Source: a virus. Taken from it: a DNA stretch of 64,000 bases. The position numbers and the translations under genes were made by a program. This document shows, in pieces, positions 29,852-39,357 of this stretch (the stretch's first letter is position 1; each line of letters starts with the position of its first letter). The notes below the pieces were generated by a model. The model made no database searches. It was not told the origin of the DNA and worked only from the letters and a program-made list of their open reading frames with translations. The stretch covers positions 1 through 64,000 of the IMG/VR virus record IMGVR_UViG_3300009509_000013; one strand, written 5' to 3'.

Positions 29852-30675
29852 AAAAAATCGTCATAGCCCCAATCAAGCGACCGAAGGAACTCGCGCTTAC
29901 ATTTCGGACACTCGCCTTTGATCGACATATCCGGCCCGACCCGATGATCGTCGATCAAGGTCGAAAGCCCTTCAATGTCGCGTTTCGTCATTTCGTCGAG
30001 TTCGTTTCCGCCAAGCGGAATCGAACCAACCCCTTCGAGTTCGTGAATGCTTCCAAGAATCACGCCGATCTTGAAACCGCTTATGTCGTATTGCCCCGAA
30101 ACTTGCATTGTTTCGACGACGTTCCAACGTTGCGGACCAAGCTTCAACGTTTCGACTTTCTTCCCGCGAACTTCAATCGGGGTCGTGAGCTTGTATTTCC
30201 AAAGCGCGTCGGCGAGCTTGCCGACCGTGCGAACGTCGAGCGTCGACAAATCGCCGACGAAATCGAATTCGTTTCGGCACGTCGCGCAAGTGATCCGCAT
30301 TTTGAGATCCGGCCCAAGCGCTTCAACCCGCAACCGCGCGTAAGCGTGAAAAACGTCGGCGGTCCAAGCTTGCGACAAAATGACGCGCCTTTCTTCGAGC
30401 TTCATGTTCTCGAAGTCGTGCTTCCCCCATTTCGTCGCCATTGTGCCAAGAATCATTGCGACATATTCCGGCATTGTCGCGTTCCGGTTTTGATCTCGAA
30501 GCGCTCCGATCTCGCGTTCTTCTTTCATGCGCCAAGCGCGAAAAGAGAAAGCGCGCGGTTCGCCGTCGAAGCCAATCGGAAATTGATTCCCGAACTTGTC
30601 GAGCGTGATCGATTTGACGGTCGCTTCGGTTGAAGCGCCGTTTTCATTCTTGGTTGCTTCTTTGGTATCTTGCAC
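29833..30675 (-). CDS. tail assembly chaperone (internally duplicated, two CxxC)
   Basis: Between tube and tape measure; two halves ending GPD.....CxxC; GGAGG RBS with GTG start. Confidence 0.75.
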   Translation of the reverse strand: MQDTKEATKNENGASTEATVKSITLDKFGNQFPIGFDGEPRAFSFRAWRMKEEREIGALRDQNRNATMPEYVAMILGTMATKWGKHDFENMKLEERRVILSQAWTADVFHAYARLRVEALGPDLKMRITCATCRNEFDFVGDLSTLDVRTVGKLADALWKYKLTTPIEVRGKKVETLKLGPQRWNVVETMQVSGQYDISGFKIGVILGSIHELEGVGSIPLGGNELDEMTKRDIEGLSTLIDDHRVGPDMSIKGECPKCKREFLRSLDWGYDDFFASSSR

Positions 30676-30736
30676 GATTCACCTCCAATCGGATCAAGCC
30701 TTGTAAAGCCCAATCGTGCGATATGGTTGAAAAGGT

Positions 30737-31177
30737 TTAGCCGGGAAGCGGTTCAATGTCGTCCGCCGAAAAACTCCATTCGACTTGTGCGAGTTCGCCG
30801 TCGTTCGCCATTTCGAGATCCGGCAATTTCCGCTTGAACGGCCAAAGACCAACAATCGCGAAGCTCGCAATCGTCGTGCCTTCAATCGACTTGTGGATCA
30901 AAGTCGCCGCCTTTTTGTAGGTCGGCGAAACCGGGTCTTGACCTTCGCGAAGCCAAATTTCCATAGCCGCTTGTTGCGTCCTATGGTGCAACGGAAGCAT
31001 TGCCGTGAATTCTGTCGGCCCGCGATTGCCGCCGCTCGCGACCGTTCGGTCGGGAAGTTGCGTCTTTTGAATCTCGTCTTCAATCCCCGAAATTTCGGTG
31101 AATGTGAAGGTGAGCCCCGGAACCAACAATTCATAATTGTTGACCGGAATGTGATTCGGATCGATTGCGCCTTTCAT
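30737..31177 (-). CDS. tail tube protein (T4 gp19-like)
   Basis: FTEISG, W...GLWP..PDL pattern; 146 aa; downstream of the sheath; GGAGG RBS. Confidence 0.8.
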   Translation of the reverse strand: MKGAIDPNHIPVNNYELLVPGLTFTFTEISGIEDEIQKTQLPDRTVASGGNRGPTEFTAMLPLHHRTQQAAMEIWLREGQDPVSPTYKKAATLIHKSIEGTTIASFAIVGLWPFKRKLPDLEMANDGELAQVEWSFSADDIEPLPG

Positions 31178-31233
31178 GTTCCTTGCCTCCAATCGGGTGA
31201 AGCTTCGCTTTCGGTTAGCTTACTTTGCCCGCG

Positions 31234-31443
31234 TTACTCGATTTCGACTCCCGCCGTGACGTCGGTCGCGCTTGTCGGCGCGGTCGCCGAATCGTGATCC
31301 GCCTTCAATTGATTGAATTGAGCGACAAGATCGTTTTGAGTCGCGACCATTGCGACCAAAACGTCATAGAGTCGATCCGTCCCGTGTGATTCGTCGATCC
31401 CCGCGCCGGCGTTGCCGACCAATCTCTTTAGTTTGACTGCCAT
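31234..31443 (-). CDS. small hypothetical virion protein
   Basis: AAGGG RBS; short coiled coil; lies between sheath and tube. Confidence 0.5.
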   Translation of the reverse strand: MAVKLKRLVGNAGAGIDESHGTDRLYDVLVAMVATQNDLVAQFNQLKADHDSATAPTSATDVTAGVEIE

Positions 31444-31513
31444 GATTGAACCCTTTTCCTTTCAAATCAAAGTTCGTGTTCCGCCTCAACCGCTCGCTTG
31501 GCGCGGCGATCCG

Positions 31514-33796
31514 TTACCCAACGGAATCAAAGATTCCTTGCTTGCCAATGATGATATTGAACCGCTCGACCGTATCGGCCAATCGAAGCTTGATCTCCGC
31601 GAACATATCGCCATTGGCGCGCGTCGCGTCCGTGTTGTTCTCCGCGTCGATCTTGATCTTCGCGGCGTCGTCGAGCTTGTCGCCACGAATGGCGCGCTTG
31701 ACGAACTCCGGTTGAAAGAAGCTTCGAAGCGCCGTGAACGCGAGCTTTTCCGTCACGGGATCGTTGATCATGAACACGATCCAATCGAACGACTCTTGCA
31801 AGACGTGTTCATAATACGACATTTGTTCTCTTTGGTGCTTCCACTTCCAAGCGGGATCGAGCCACAAGGTTCGATCTCCCCAAAGAATGAAGTTCCCGCG
31901 CTTCTTTTTGATCACGTTGATTCCGAGCGGATTCAAGATTTCTTCGTCAAGAATCGCGTCGCCGGTCGGAAGCTTCAAGATCTTCGGAAGCGTCGCTTCG
32001 ATTCCGGCTTGTGCCTTGTGATAGCCGGTGTAATCGTTCGACACGCGAGCTTCGCGCCCTTGGATTTGCCCGGTCAACGGAACAAGCTTCAACTTCCCGT
32101 CCGCGCCGTCGACCGGATCGACAACGTAGCCATAGCTCGGAACACTTACGACCGCGTAATCGTTCCGCCCAAGCGTGTTGTTGATATAGTCGTCGAACTC
32201 GTTTTCGGTGACTTTCGTCGCCGGAACTTCATAGCGGTATTGATGATTCTTCGCCGCCGCGTATGCGACGCCCGCCTTTTGAACCGCCGTCGACGTGACG
32301 CCCGGAGTCGCGAACTTCACAAGCCCCATGTTTTTGTCGGTCAAACGGTTGAAGGGAGAAAGGTCGACGTCCCACAATTGTTGATTGTATTCGGGATCGC
32401 CGACGCCGGCGTTTCCGTCACGTCCGCCGGAAAGCGGAAGCGGAGCTTCAACAAGAAATTCGTCGGCGGGAGCGCCGTCGACCGTCATGTCGGAGCCGTC
32501 CGCAACGGTGATCGATTTGTGATCGTTGTCGACGATTCGGAACTTCACCTTCGCCGCGTTCACCTTGTCGGGATAGCATTTCCCGCCGATCAATTGATCG
32601 GCAACGAAAGGCTTGTAATTCACAACAAGCGTGTCCGCCGCCGCGAGCGGAGTCGCGCCCGCCGTGACTGTGAAAGGCGGCGACCATTTGTTGTTTGGAT
32701 TGAACAACGTTCCAAGCGTGACCGTTCCGAGCGCGCCGAACTTGTCGGAAACCGCGTCGCCGCTTGTCGGCGCGGTCATGGTGATCGTGATCTTTTGCGC
32801 GACCATTTCGTCGGTTGTCGTTCCGAGCGCAAAGGTCGGATTGCCGCCGGCGACCGGGGAATTGATCGTGAAGTCGTGAATCAACGCGGTCAAAACGGTT
32901 GCCGTGACCGTATCGATCACGCCGTAATGATTCGCCGGGCGAACCGCCGGAACATGCGCGCCGGTCCAAAGATCGACGACTTCGATTTCGTCGTTCGCGC
33001 CGTCTTCGTTGATCACGTCGACCCAATAGCGCCCCGACGTCGGATTCGTCGAAAGGTTCGGATATTTCTTCACGAACCGCCCGTCGACGAAGACCGAAAG
33101 CGCGAATTCGGTTGAAGCGTTTTCTTCGCCGTCTTCGATCAAGATCGAAACCGCCTTGTCTTCGTTTTCCATGACAAGGTAATAGCGGAGATCGCCGCCG
33201 CCGCCGTGATCGGTCAGCATGGTTTGATCCGCTTCAACCGTGATCAAGCCCGCCGCCGTGTTCCCAACAATCGGATAGCGCGTGTTCGCGACGGCGGAAA
33301 GCTCGACATAGCCGCCCTTCCATTCGTCTTCTTTGAACGCGCTTGAACCCGTGTCGAGCGTGATTTCGGTCAAGTCGCCGATTGCGCTCAAGTCGTCCGT
33401 GTAGCGCTTCGCCTTGCCGCCCCAACGTCCGCCGTTCTTTGCCTTGACGGTTCCCATTGGAACCAAAAGCGACCCATAGCGCCCGTAAAGCGTCCGCGAC
33501 GCTTGAAGTTCGTTCCCGTCCGTGACTCGAATCAAGACAAGCCCGCCGGCTCCGGCGGCGTTGTCGTAAAAGTCAATGCAAGCGTCGGGAGCGAGCGAGT
33601 CGTCGATATAGCTTCCGAATTTCTTCAAAAAGCTCGACTTGTTCGACAAGCGAACCATTTCGCCGACCGGACCTTTTTCGAAGATCCCGCCGTATCCCGC
33701 CCAACCGAGCGCGCCGGGCTCGATTGTCTTTTCGCCTTCAAGTTCCGTGACGCTTACGCCCGCGCCGCGAATGGGTCCAAATCGCTTTTGTGCCAT
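31514..33796 (-). CDS. contractile tail sheath protein
   Basis: GVSVTE, FEKGPVG, LSGGRDG, HKAQAG, LNPLGINVI, ILWGDRTL. Confidence 0.93.
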   Translation of the reverse strand: MAQKRFGPIRGAGVSVTELEGEKTIEPGALGWAGYGGIFEKGPVGEMVRLSNKSSFLKKFGSYIDDSLAPDACIDFYDNAAGAGGLVLIRVTDGNELQASRTLYGRYGSLLVPMGTVKAKNGGRWGGKAKRYTDDLSAIGDLTEITLDTGSSAFKEDEWKGGYVELSAVANTRYPIVGNTAAGLITVEADQTMLTDHGGGGDLRYYLVMENEDKAVSILIEDGEENASTEFALSVFVDGRFVKKYPNLSTNPTSGRYWVDVINEDGANDEIEVVDLWTGAHVPAVRPANHYGVIDTVTATVLTALIHDFTINSPVAGGNPTFALGTTTDEMVAQKITITMTAPTSGDAVSDKFGALGTVTLGTLFNPNNKWSPPFTVTAGATPLAAADTLVVNYKPFVADQLIGGKCYPDKVNAAKVKFRIVDNDHKSITVADGSDMTVDGAPADEFLVEAPLPLSGGRDGNAGVGDPEYNQQLWDVDLSPFNRLTDKNMGLVKFATPGVTSTAVQKAGVAYAAAKNHQYRYEVPATKVTENEFDDYINNTLGRNDYAVVSVPSYGYVVDPVDGADGKLKLVPLTGQIQGREARVSNDYTGYHKAQAGIEATLPKILKLPTGDAILDEEILNPLGINVIKKKRGNFILWGDRTLWLDPAWKWKHQREQMSYYEHVLQESFDWIVFMINDPVTEKLAFTALRSFFQPEFVKRAIRGDKLDDAAKIKIDAENNTDATRANGDMFAEIKLRLADTVERFNIIIGKQGIFDSVG

Positions 33797-33809
33797 GATT
33801 TCGAGCCTC

Positions 33810-35066
33810 CTACGCTTCAACCGTTGCGTTCATGTTTCCGTCCATGACGAACCGCTTCACACCGAAAATCGGTTTCGAATCTTCAACGAAAAATAGCGCG
33901 TTCTCGATTCGAAAGCGAATTCTGCCAGTGTGAAGGTCGCCGGAGTTCGCCGGGGTCGTCATGTCAAATTCGTCGATAAGGAATAGCCGAAATCTTTCGT
34001 CCATTCCTACAGATTTTATTGTCGGATTGTTGGCGAAAAATCTCTTTATTTCGTCCGCCAACCTTTGATGATCAACGCCTTTATCCGTGATCAAGTGAAG
34101 CAAAACTTCAAGATTTCCTTGAAGGGGAGCGGGAATTTTCCAACCTTCCCCGGTCGCGCGATTCAAAACGTGATCGTCTTGACCGAGCTTCGACGCGCCG
34201 ATCAAGTTTATGTCGTCGAGAATGATCGACGGAACCTTTTCGATCTCCGTGTAGTCTTGCGATGTCGTGACCGCGACTTCCGGTTCATACACAAACCGAA
34301 TGAAAAGCACGTCGCCGGCGGCTTGCGCGCCGGTCAACGTGATCACTTGCGTTCCGACGTCGAACGAATCGAAGACGTCGGTCAAATGCTCCGGGTCGTT
34401 CGTATGGTTGAAGACCGAATCGATCCCGGTCACGTTGTAAGGGGTTTCGAGCTTGTAATCGTTTTTGAGATCGACGGTTGACGCCGCCGCTTCAAGTTGA
34501 ATCATGAAGCGCGAGATCGGTTGAAGCCCGCTTCGAATCAACGGAACAAGCGACCGATAGATCAAGTCGTCTTGAAACTCGATTGTCGATTCATACAAGA
34601 CTTTGACCGCGTAAACGTAAGGGGAAAACGCCGCGTTCGTTGTCTTCAAATTGATCACGACTTGAAGCTTCCGCGCTTGAACGACGCCGGGGAAGAAGCT
34701 CGCAATGTTCGCCGCGACTTCCGCTTCGGTGTTCCAATCGACCGCGTTCACTTCCCAAGTCGACCCGTTCCAAAAATATTCGTCGGTCCCGTCCGAAAGC
34801 CTGAAACCGAGCGACGTCACGACGACGCCGGCTTCGTCTTTGAAGTGATCGGCGATCACTTCGAAGCCGATCCATTGTTGAACGGTCGTCGGGTCCGTGA
34901 CCCAAGTCTTCGCGAAAATGTCCGGGTCGGTCGAGAACGCTTCCCCGGCAAGTTGCAATCGGTTGAAGCCCGACGTCGGATTCAAGCGCGCGCCGGTCCC
35001 TAACACGATTCGCGAACGGTTTTCTTCTTCGAACGCGAACGTCTTGATCAACTTTGTCGTTTTCAT
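33810..35066 (-). CDS. tail terminator / neck protein with extra domains
   Basis: Directly upstream of the sheath; VPSIIL..I pattern. Called by synteny. Confidence 0.55.
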   Translation of the reverse strand: MKTTKLIKTFAFEEENRSRIVLGTGARLNPTSGFNRLQLAGEAFSTDPDIFAKTWVTDPTTVQQWIGFEVIADHFKDEAGVVVTSLGFRLSDGTDEYFWNGSTWEVNAVDWNTEAEVAANIASFFPGVVQARKLQVVINLKTTNAAFSPYVYAVKVLYESTIEFQDDLIYRSLVPLIRSGLQPISRFMIQLEAAASTVDLKNDYKLETPYNVTGIDSVFNHTNDPEHLTDVFDSFDVGTQVITLTGAQAAGDVLFIRFVYEPEVAVTTSQDYTEIEKVPSIILDDINLIGASKLGQDDHVLNRATGEGWKIPAPLQGNLEVLLHLITDKGVDHQRLADEIKRFFANNPTIKSVGMDERFRLFLIDEFDMTTPANSGDLHTGRIRFRIENALFFVEDSKPIFGVKRFVMDGNMNATVEA

Positions 35067-35683
35067 CCTTTTGTGATCTCCCGCATTGCCGCATTCACGG
35101 CGGCTTCCCAATTCTTCCGCGCTTTCTTGCGGAGATCGGGAAGGTCAAACGCCGCTTTCACAAAAGGTCGCGACGGAATGACAATCGCCGGCGTGTTCGG
35201 CTTCAACCGCTCCCAACCGCCCGGCATTCGCTCCCAAAGCTCCGCCGCTCGACCGGAAAGCTTCGACGGTTGCCAATCCCCGATTGAAACCTTCCAAAGC
35301 ACATAGAACAAATTCCGCATTCGTTGGGTAACGGTGATCTCCGTCCCTTCGTGCAATGCGACGCCGACATTGTAGAAACGATCCGTCTTCAAGACTCCGA
35401 CGAAAACCGTTTTGTCGTCGACGATCTTTTGCCCAATCGCTTGAAAAAGCGAACTCGAATTGTCGACAAGCGGCTTCGTGCTCCCCTTGATCGCAGTCGT
35501 CAAAGGCTTGTTCGGCTTGAAGTTGCCGGCTTGAATGACCTTCCGAATTGTTCGAACGCCTAGAAGCCCGTTCAATTCGGTCGCGCGGCGAATGTGTTTC
35601 CGCATGGCGGAAGAAAATTGATGCTTTCGGAATGCGCGCGAAAGCTTTCCCCAATCCCCCGTTTTCTTCCATTCGGTCGCCAT
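35063..35683 (-). CDS. tail completion / virion morphogenesis protein
   Basis: KGSTKPLVD, HEGT, IPSRPF motifs. Confidence 0.7.
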   Translation of the reverse strand: MATEWKKTGDWGKLSRAFRKHQFSSAMRKHIRRATELNGLLGVRTIRKVIQAGNFKPNKPLTTAIKGSTKPLVDNSSSLFQAIGQKIVDDKTVFVGVLKTDRFYNVGVALHEGTEITVTQRMRNLFYVLWKVSIGDWQPSKLSGRAAELWERMPGGWERLKPNTPAIVIPSRPFVKAAFDLPDLRKKARKNWEAAVNAAMREITKG

Positions 35684-35690
35684 GTCTCGA

Positions 35691-36077
35691 TCAAAGAACG
35701 CCGGTCCAAATTCCGCCGGCGGATTTCTCGACAAGCGCCTTCGTGACTTCAACGCCGGTTTCAATGTCGACGAATCCGCGCTTCACTTCGCGCGGTTCCG
35801 CGAACTTGAATTCGTCGTCGCCCTTGCGAACGAAGTCGCATTTGAAAAGACGATAATTCACTTCGTCGTCTTTTTGCGTCGGAACGTACACTTCCGCGAT
35901 CACGCTTTTCGAGAAAACTTCAATCGGCCAAACCGAGCCATTCTTCGCGACATTCATTTTCGGCAAAAGATAGCCGGCGAGCGACTTCCGAAGCTTTTGC
36001 ATGAATTCGCCGACCGACTCTTTTTCTCCGAGCGGAAGGTTCGCTTTGTGAACTAGAACTTCGCGTGTTTCTGTCAT
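35691..36077 (-). CDS. hypothetical protein with a scaffold-like C-terminal motif
   Basis: GGGG RBS; ends VEKSAGGIWTGVL. Confidence 0.65.
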   Translation of the reverse strand: MTETREVLVHKANLPLGEKESVGEFMQKLRKSLAGYLLPKMNVAKNGSVWPIEVFSKSVIAEVYVPTQKDDEVNYRLFKCDFVRKGDDEFKFAEPREVKRGFVDIETGVEVTKALVEKSAGGIWTGVL

Positions 36078-36088
36078 GATTGATCCCC

Positions 36089-36496
36089 TTACCTTTCGCC
36101 GCTTCGCGACGGTTGTCTATCTGCAAAGAACGCCTTGACCATTGTCGGCCCGCCTATGTCGTCATAGGTCGCGGTCGGTTGAAGCCGCGTTATGTAAACG
36201 TCGGTCTTCAAGCCGCCCATTTCAATGAACCGATCATTTTGTTGAAGCTCGATCCCTTGCGCCGCAAGGTCGACGTAACGAAAAAGAGCGTAACCCGAAG
36301 CGCCCTCTTGCGCTCCGCCCTTCGTCATTGACAACCCAAGTTCGAAATCCCATTTCACTTGAGCCTTGACCGTCTTGACCGGATTCCGCTTCGCGAATTG
36401 AATCGGCTCCCGTGCGTCGTCGTCGACGAACGAACCCGCCCGGTCGATTTGTTCAATCTTGACCGGGATCGGGTGAATCAAATTCGGAACCGGCAT
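36089..36496 (-). CDS. head closure (stopper) protein
   Basis: Size, beta-rich pattern and position after the connector. Confidence 0.55.
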   Translation of the reverse strand: MPVPNLIHPIPVKIEQIDRAGSFVDDDAREPIQFAKRNPVKTVKAQVKWDFELGLSMTKGGAQEGASGYALFRYVDLAAQGIELQQNDRFIEMGGLKTDVYITRLQPTATYDDIGGPTMVKAFFADRQPSRSGER

Positions 36497-36505
36497 TTCT
36501 TCCCC

Positions 36506-37612
36506 CTACCTAAAAGACCAATGCGCCGGCGTCGCCGCGCCCATTGGCGCGCGATACAAGCGCAAGATTTGTTGAATCTCCGGGTCGCTTGTGACTCCGT
36601 TCAAAATCCCCGCCGGTTGCGCCTTCGGAGCCGTGACCGCAAACTTCCGCCGGTGATCGTCGGTTTCTTCTTCAACAAGCGGTCCCGTCGCCGGCGGCGG
36701 CGGAGCGGGGAGCGTTGCCGCTTGCGCCGGATTGATCGGATTCGTGATCTTCTCATAAACGAGCTTCATTAGAGCCCGTCGAATCGCCTTCGGCGTCGAA
36801 CCGTCCGCTTCCGTGTAGCCGAAGATCCCTTTGATTTCTTGGTTCTGATAGCCGCGCCGGAAACGATTCGAGCCCGAATAGTTGACCGGGCGATTGAAAA
36901 TGTCGAAGCTTTCTTCGGGCTTCAACGAAATTTTCGGGTTGTGCCTATGGTCCGGGAAACCCGCGCGCCCGTTGTAAATCACATAAGCTTCGGGATCGAG
37001 TTCGACCGTCGACTTGTTGATCTTGATATAGTCGATTGAAATGATCGGAACCCCGAAAAACAACGTGTCCGAATCGTTGCCGTCAATCGACAAGATCATT
37101 TGACGCGCGTTGAACCATTGGCGCGTTGTCCGTTCAAGGATCGCTTGCCAAAGTTCGATTTGCGCGAGAACGTCTTCGTCCGCCATCATTGCGACGTCGA
37201 TCCCCAAGTCGCGAATGTCTTGAACGCTGCAATAGGTATCGACCGACGACCCCGCCGACTCGACCAAAACTTCGAAGTCTTCGAAGCCGGCTTGATACGC
37301 CGACGAAGGCCCGACCTTCCAACGCCATTCGATCCTATGCGTTCCGATTGGCTCCGCAAGGCTTGGGGTCCAACCTTTCGCCGCGCCGTTGTCGTAAGCG
37401 TAATATGAGCCAACGCCAAACTTTCCGGGCGCGCTCGAAACGTCTTCATAGTCGCCCGGCGTCGTCGGGAAGATTTGAGTTCCGGGGAGCCCCGCCGAAA
37501 TGTCGAAGATCCGAAACCCGATTTCGTGCATGTCGGTTAGAACGCCGTTGACCGTCACAAACCAATTGATGATCGACGGAAGATTTTCTTGACCCCTTGC
37601 TAGTGCTGGCAT
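36506..37612 (-). CDS. head-tail connector/adaptor with N-terminal extension
   Basis: YCSVQDIR, ILERTTRQWF, IDGNDSDTL, FGY..PKAIRRA, ILRLYR. Confidence 0.7.
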   Translation of the reverse strand: MPALARGQENLPSIINWFVTVNGVLTDMHEIGFRIFDISAGLPGTQIFPTTPGDYEDVSSAPGKFGVGSYYAYDNGAAKGWTPSLAEPIGTHRIEWRWKVGPSSAYQAGFEDFEVLVESAGSSVDTYCSVQDIRDLGIDVAMMADEDVLAQIELWQAILERTTRQWFNARQMILSIDGNDSDTLFFGVPIISIDYIKINKSTVELDPEAYVIYNGRAGFPDHRHNPKISLKPEESFDIFNRPVNYSGSNRFRRGYQNQEIKGIFGYTEADGSTPKAIRRALMKLVYEKITNPINPAQAATLPAPPPPATGPLVEEETDDHRRKFAVTAPKAQPAGILNGVTSDPEIQQILRLYRAPMGAATPAHWSFR

Positions 37613-37622
37613 GATCGATCCC

Positions 37623-37919
37623 CTATGGATAAGTCCCGGTCGGATCGAACGGCGAACCGACGACTTCGAGCGCCGTCAACCCGGACGTGTCCGCGTCGAT
37701 CACAAAGCCTTGAAGCTTGTCGTTCGTTCGGGGCGCGACCGTCGTTTGAATGCGCGTGTCCGTGATTTCGGTCCAACCTTTGCGCGGATCGGTCGGCGAA
37801 TAGACGACGCCATTCCAAATCAAGCGAAAGCTCCCCGGAACGAATCGAACCGGGGATTCGAATTCTTGATTTGCGCCGTCGACCGCGCCGACCAAATCCA
37901 CGATCAAAGCGTCGGACAT
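37623..37919 (-). CDS. small virion beta-domain protein
   Basis: LVGAVDGANQEF...WNGV...APRTND module. Confidence 0.55.
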   Translation of the reverse strand: MSDALIVDLVGAVDGANQEFESPVRFVPGSFRLIWNGVVYSPTDPRKGWTEITDTRIQTTVAPRTNDKLQGFVIDADTSGLTALEVVGSPFDPTGTYP

Positions 37920-38132
37920 TCATTCCCCTTTCGCGTCGGTTGAAGCGCCGTCCGCTTCGCTCGACTCGCCTTCCGCCGGCTCCGCTTCAACCGGCTTCGC
38001 TTCGTCCGCCGGAGCTTCCGCCGCCGGCTCGACCGCTTCAACCGGCTCCGCTTTCGGAGCGACTTCCGGTTCGACTTGCGATCCCGCGCAAGCGTATAAA
38101 AGACAACCGAGAATGATCAAGAAATACCGCAT
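37920..38132 (-). CDS. putative lipoprotein
   Basis: MRYFLIILGCLLYAC lipobox-like signal followed by an acidic Ala/Glu/Pro tail. Confidence 0.55.
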   Translation of the reverse strand: MRYFLIILGCLLYACAGSQVEPEVAPKAEPVEAVEPAAEAPADEAKPVEAEPAEGESSEADGASTDAKGE

Positions 38133-38146
38133 TTTTGACCCCTTTC

Positions 38147-38560
38147 CTACGTTTGAAAGTCCGAATCGCGAAACCCCTTCGGGAGCGGTTGCGGCCAAAG
38201 CAAACCGAGCCCCAAGCCCGCGACGCAATACAAGATCAACCCATATTGCACGGGAGCCCCAAAAAACCAAAGCGGGAGCCTTCCGAGCAAATCGAGAACA
38301 ACGCCGACCGCCGCAACGGTTGAAGCGCCGGCGAGCATTCCGACCCGAAGCCAACGTCGCCCCGAATAGAACACGGGAACGAACCAATGCGTCGGGAGAA
38401 CGCACGTCATGACCGCGATCATGGGGTGACGAAACGCCGCGTCGGTCGTGATCGCGCTCCAAGTGTTCCCCGCCGTGTCGTCGCTCGCGAGAAAAATGTC
38501 GACGATCACGAAAAGCGCAATCGTCCCGAACCAAATGAACGCGACCGTTTTCTTTGTCAT
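38147..38560 (-). CDS. 4-TM membrane protein
   Basis: Four hydrophobic segments; ATGA overlap with the upstream gene. Confidence 0.6.
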   Translation of the reverse strand: MTKKTVAFIWFGTIALFVIVDIFLASDDTAGNTWSAITTDAAFRHPMIAVMTCVLPTHWFVPVFYSGRRWLRVGMLAGASTVAAVGVVLDLLGRLPLWFFGAPVQYGLILYCVAGLGLGLLWPQPLPKGFRDSDFQT

Positions 38561-39357
38561 GGCGACGACTCCGTTTCCGAAATCCCGTAAATCGTCGCGA
38601 CTGCAACGTCGCCGCCGAACTCCGCGTCGTTTTCAAGCGCGATTCGGATTTCCATTCCGACCGACGCCTTCAAATCCGTCGCGCCGCGCTCAGAATAGGG
38701 CCAACGAAAAACGTGAATCGGCCCTTTCATTCCGCGCCATGACGACCCGCCCATTTGCGGAATCGACGGATAGGCGAGCGACGCTTCGTTGATAAAGTCC
38801 ATCATGGTTTGATAGACGGTCGGGCTTCCGTATGGATTGCCGGCGACATACAATTGAAAAAGAACCGTGTCGTTCAATTCGACATTCTCGGAAAATTGAA
38901 CTTCGATTTGCGTGATCCGAAGTGTTTTCCCTTGTTCCGGCTTGATCGTGAAAGTCGATTTGTCGGCGTAATGATAATGAACCGCGACGACCGTCTTTCC
39001 CGACTGTGACGAATTGAACGTGACCGCGCCGGTCAAATAGTTGATCGAATAGTCTTTGTCAGTTTGCCCCGGTGAATTTTCTTCAACCGGGGAGCCGTCG
39101 ACTTCGATTTCGGGTTGATAGACGTTGCGAAGATCACGTTCGCCCGTCAACTTCCCGTGTGTGACGTCGACCCAAGCGCGCGCCGTTGCCGGTTCAAAAG
39201 TCAATCCGTCGCCGGAATCCGTCAACGTTTCGTCGGTCACTTCAACCGAACCTTCGAACCAAGTCGTCTTGTCGCACCAATTCGGAGAAATGACTTCAAG
39301 ACGACTTACTTCGGAAGCCGGTTCGATTTGAATCTTATGGTGTGTCGCTTGTGGCAT
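38557..39357 (-). CDS. accessory virion protein
   Basis: TAATG-coupled start MPQATHH; contains the IEVDG..DYSINY.TG.VTF module. Confidence 0.6.
   Translation of the reverse strand: MPQATHHKIQIEPASEVSRLEVISPNWCDKTTWFEGSVEVTDETLTDSGDGLTFEPATARAWVDVTHGKLTGERDLRNVYQPEIEVDGSPVEENSPGQTDKDYSINYLTGAVTFNSSQSGKTVVAVHYHYADKSTFTIKPEQGKTLRITQIEVQFSENVELNDTVLFQLYVAGNPYGSPTVYQTMMDFINEASLAYPSIPQMGGSSWRGMKGPIHVFRWPYSERGATDLKASVGMEIRIALENDAEFGGDVAVATIYGISETESSP

Noticed and set aside
31412-33115. Long + strand ORFs (also 45328-46617, 47128-48390, 23137-24144, 29668-30633)
   Set aside because: Antisense shadows of well-supported minus-strand genes. The codon bias removes + strand stops, and the products have no recognisable motifs.
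21003-33796. Stand-alone contractile injection system (eCIS or tailocin)
   Set aside because: The tail genes are contiguous with capsid, portal, terminase and replication genes, so this is a phage.
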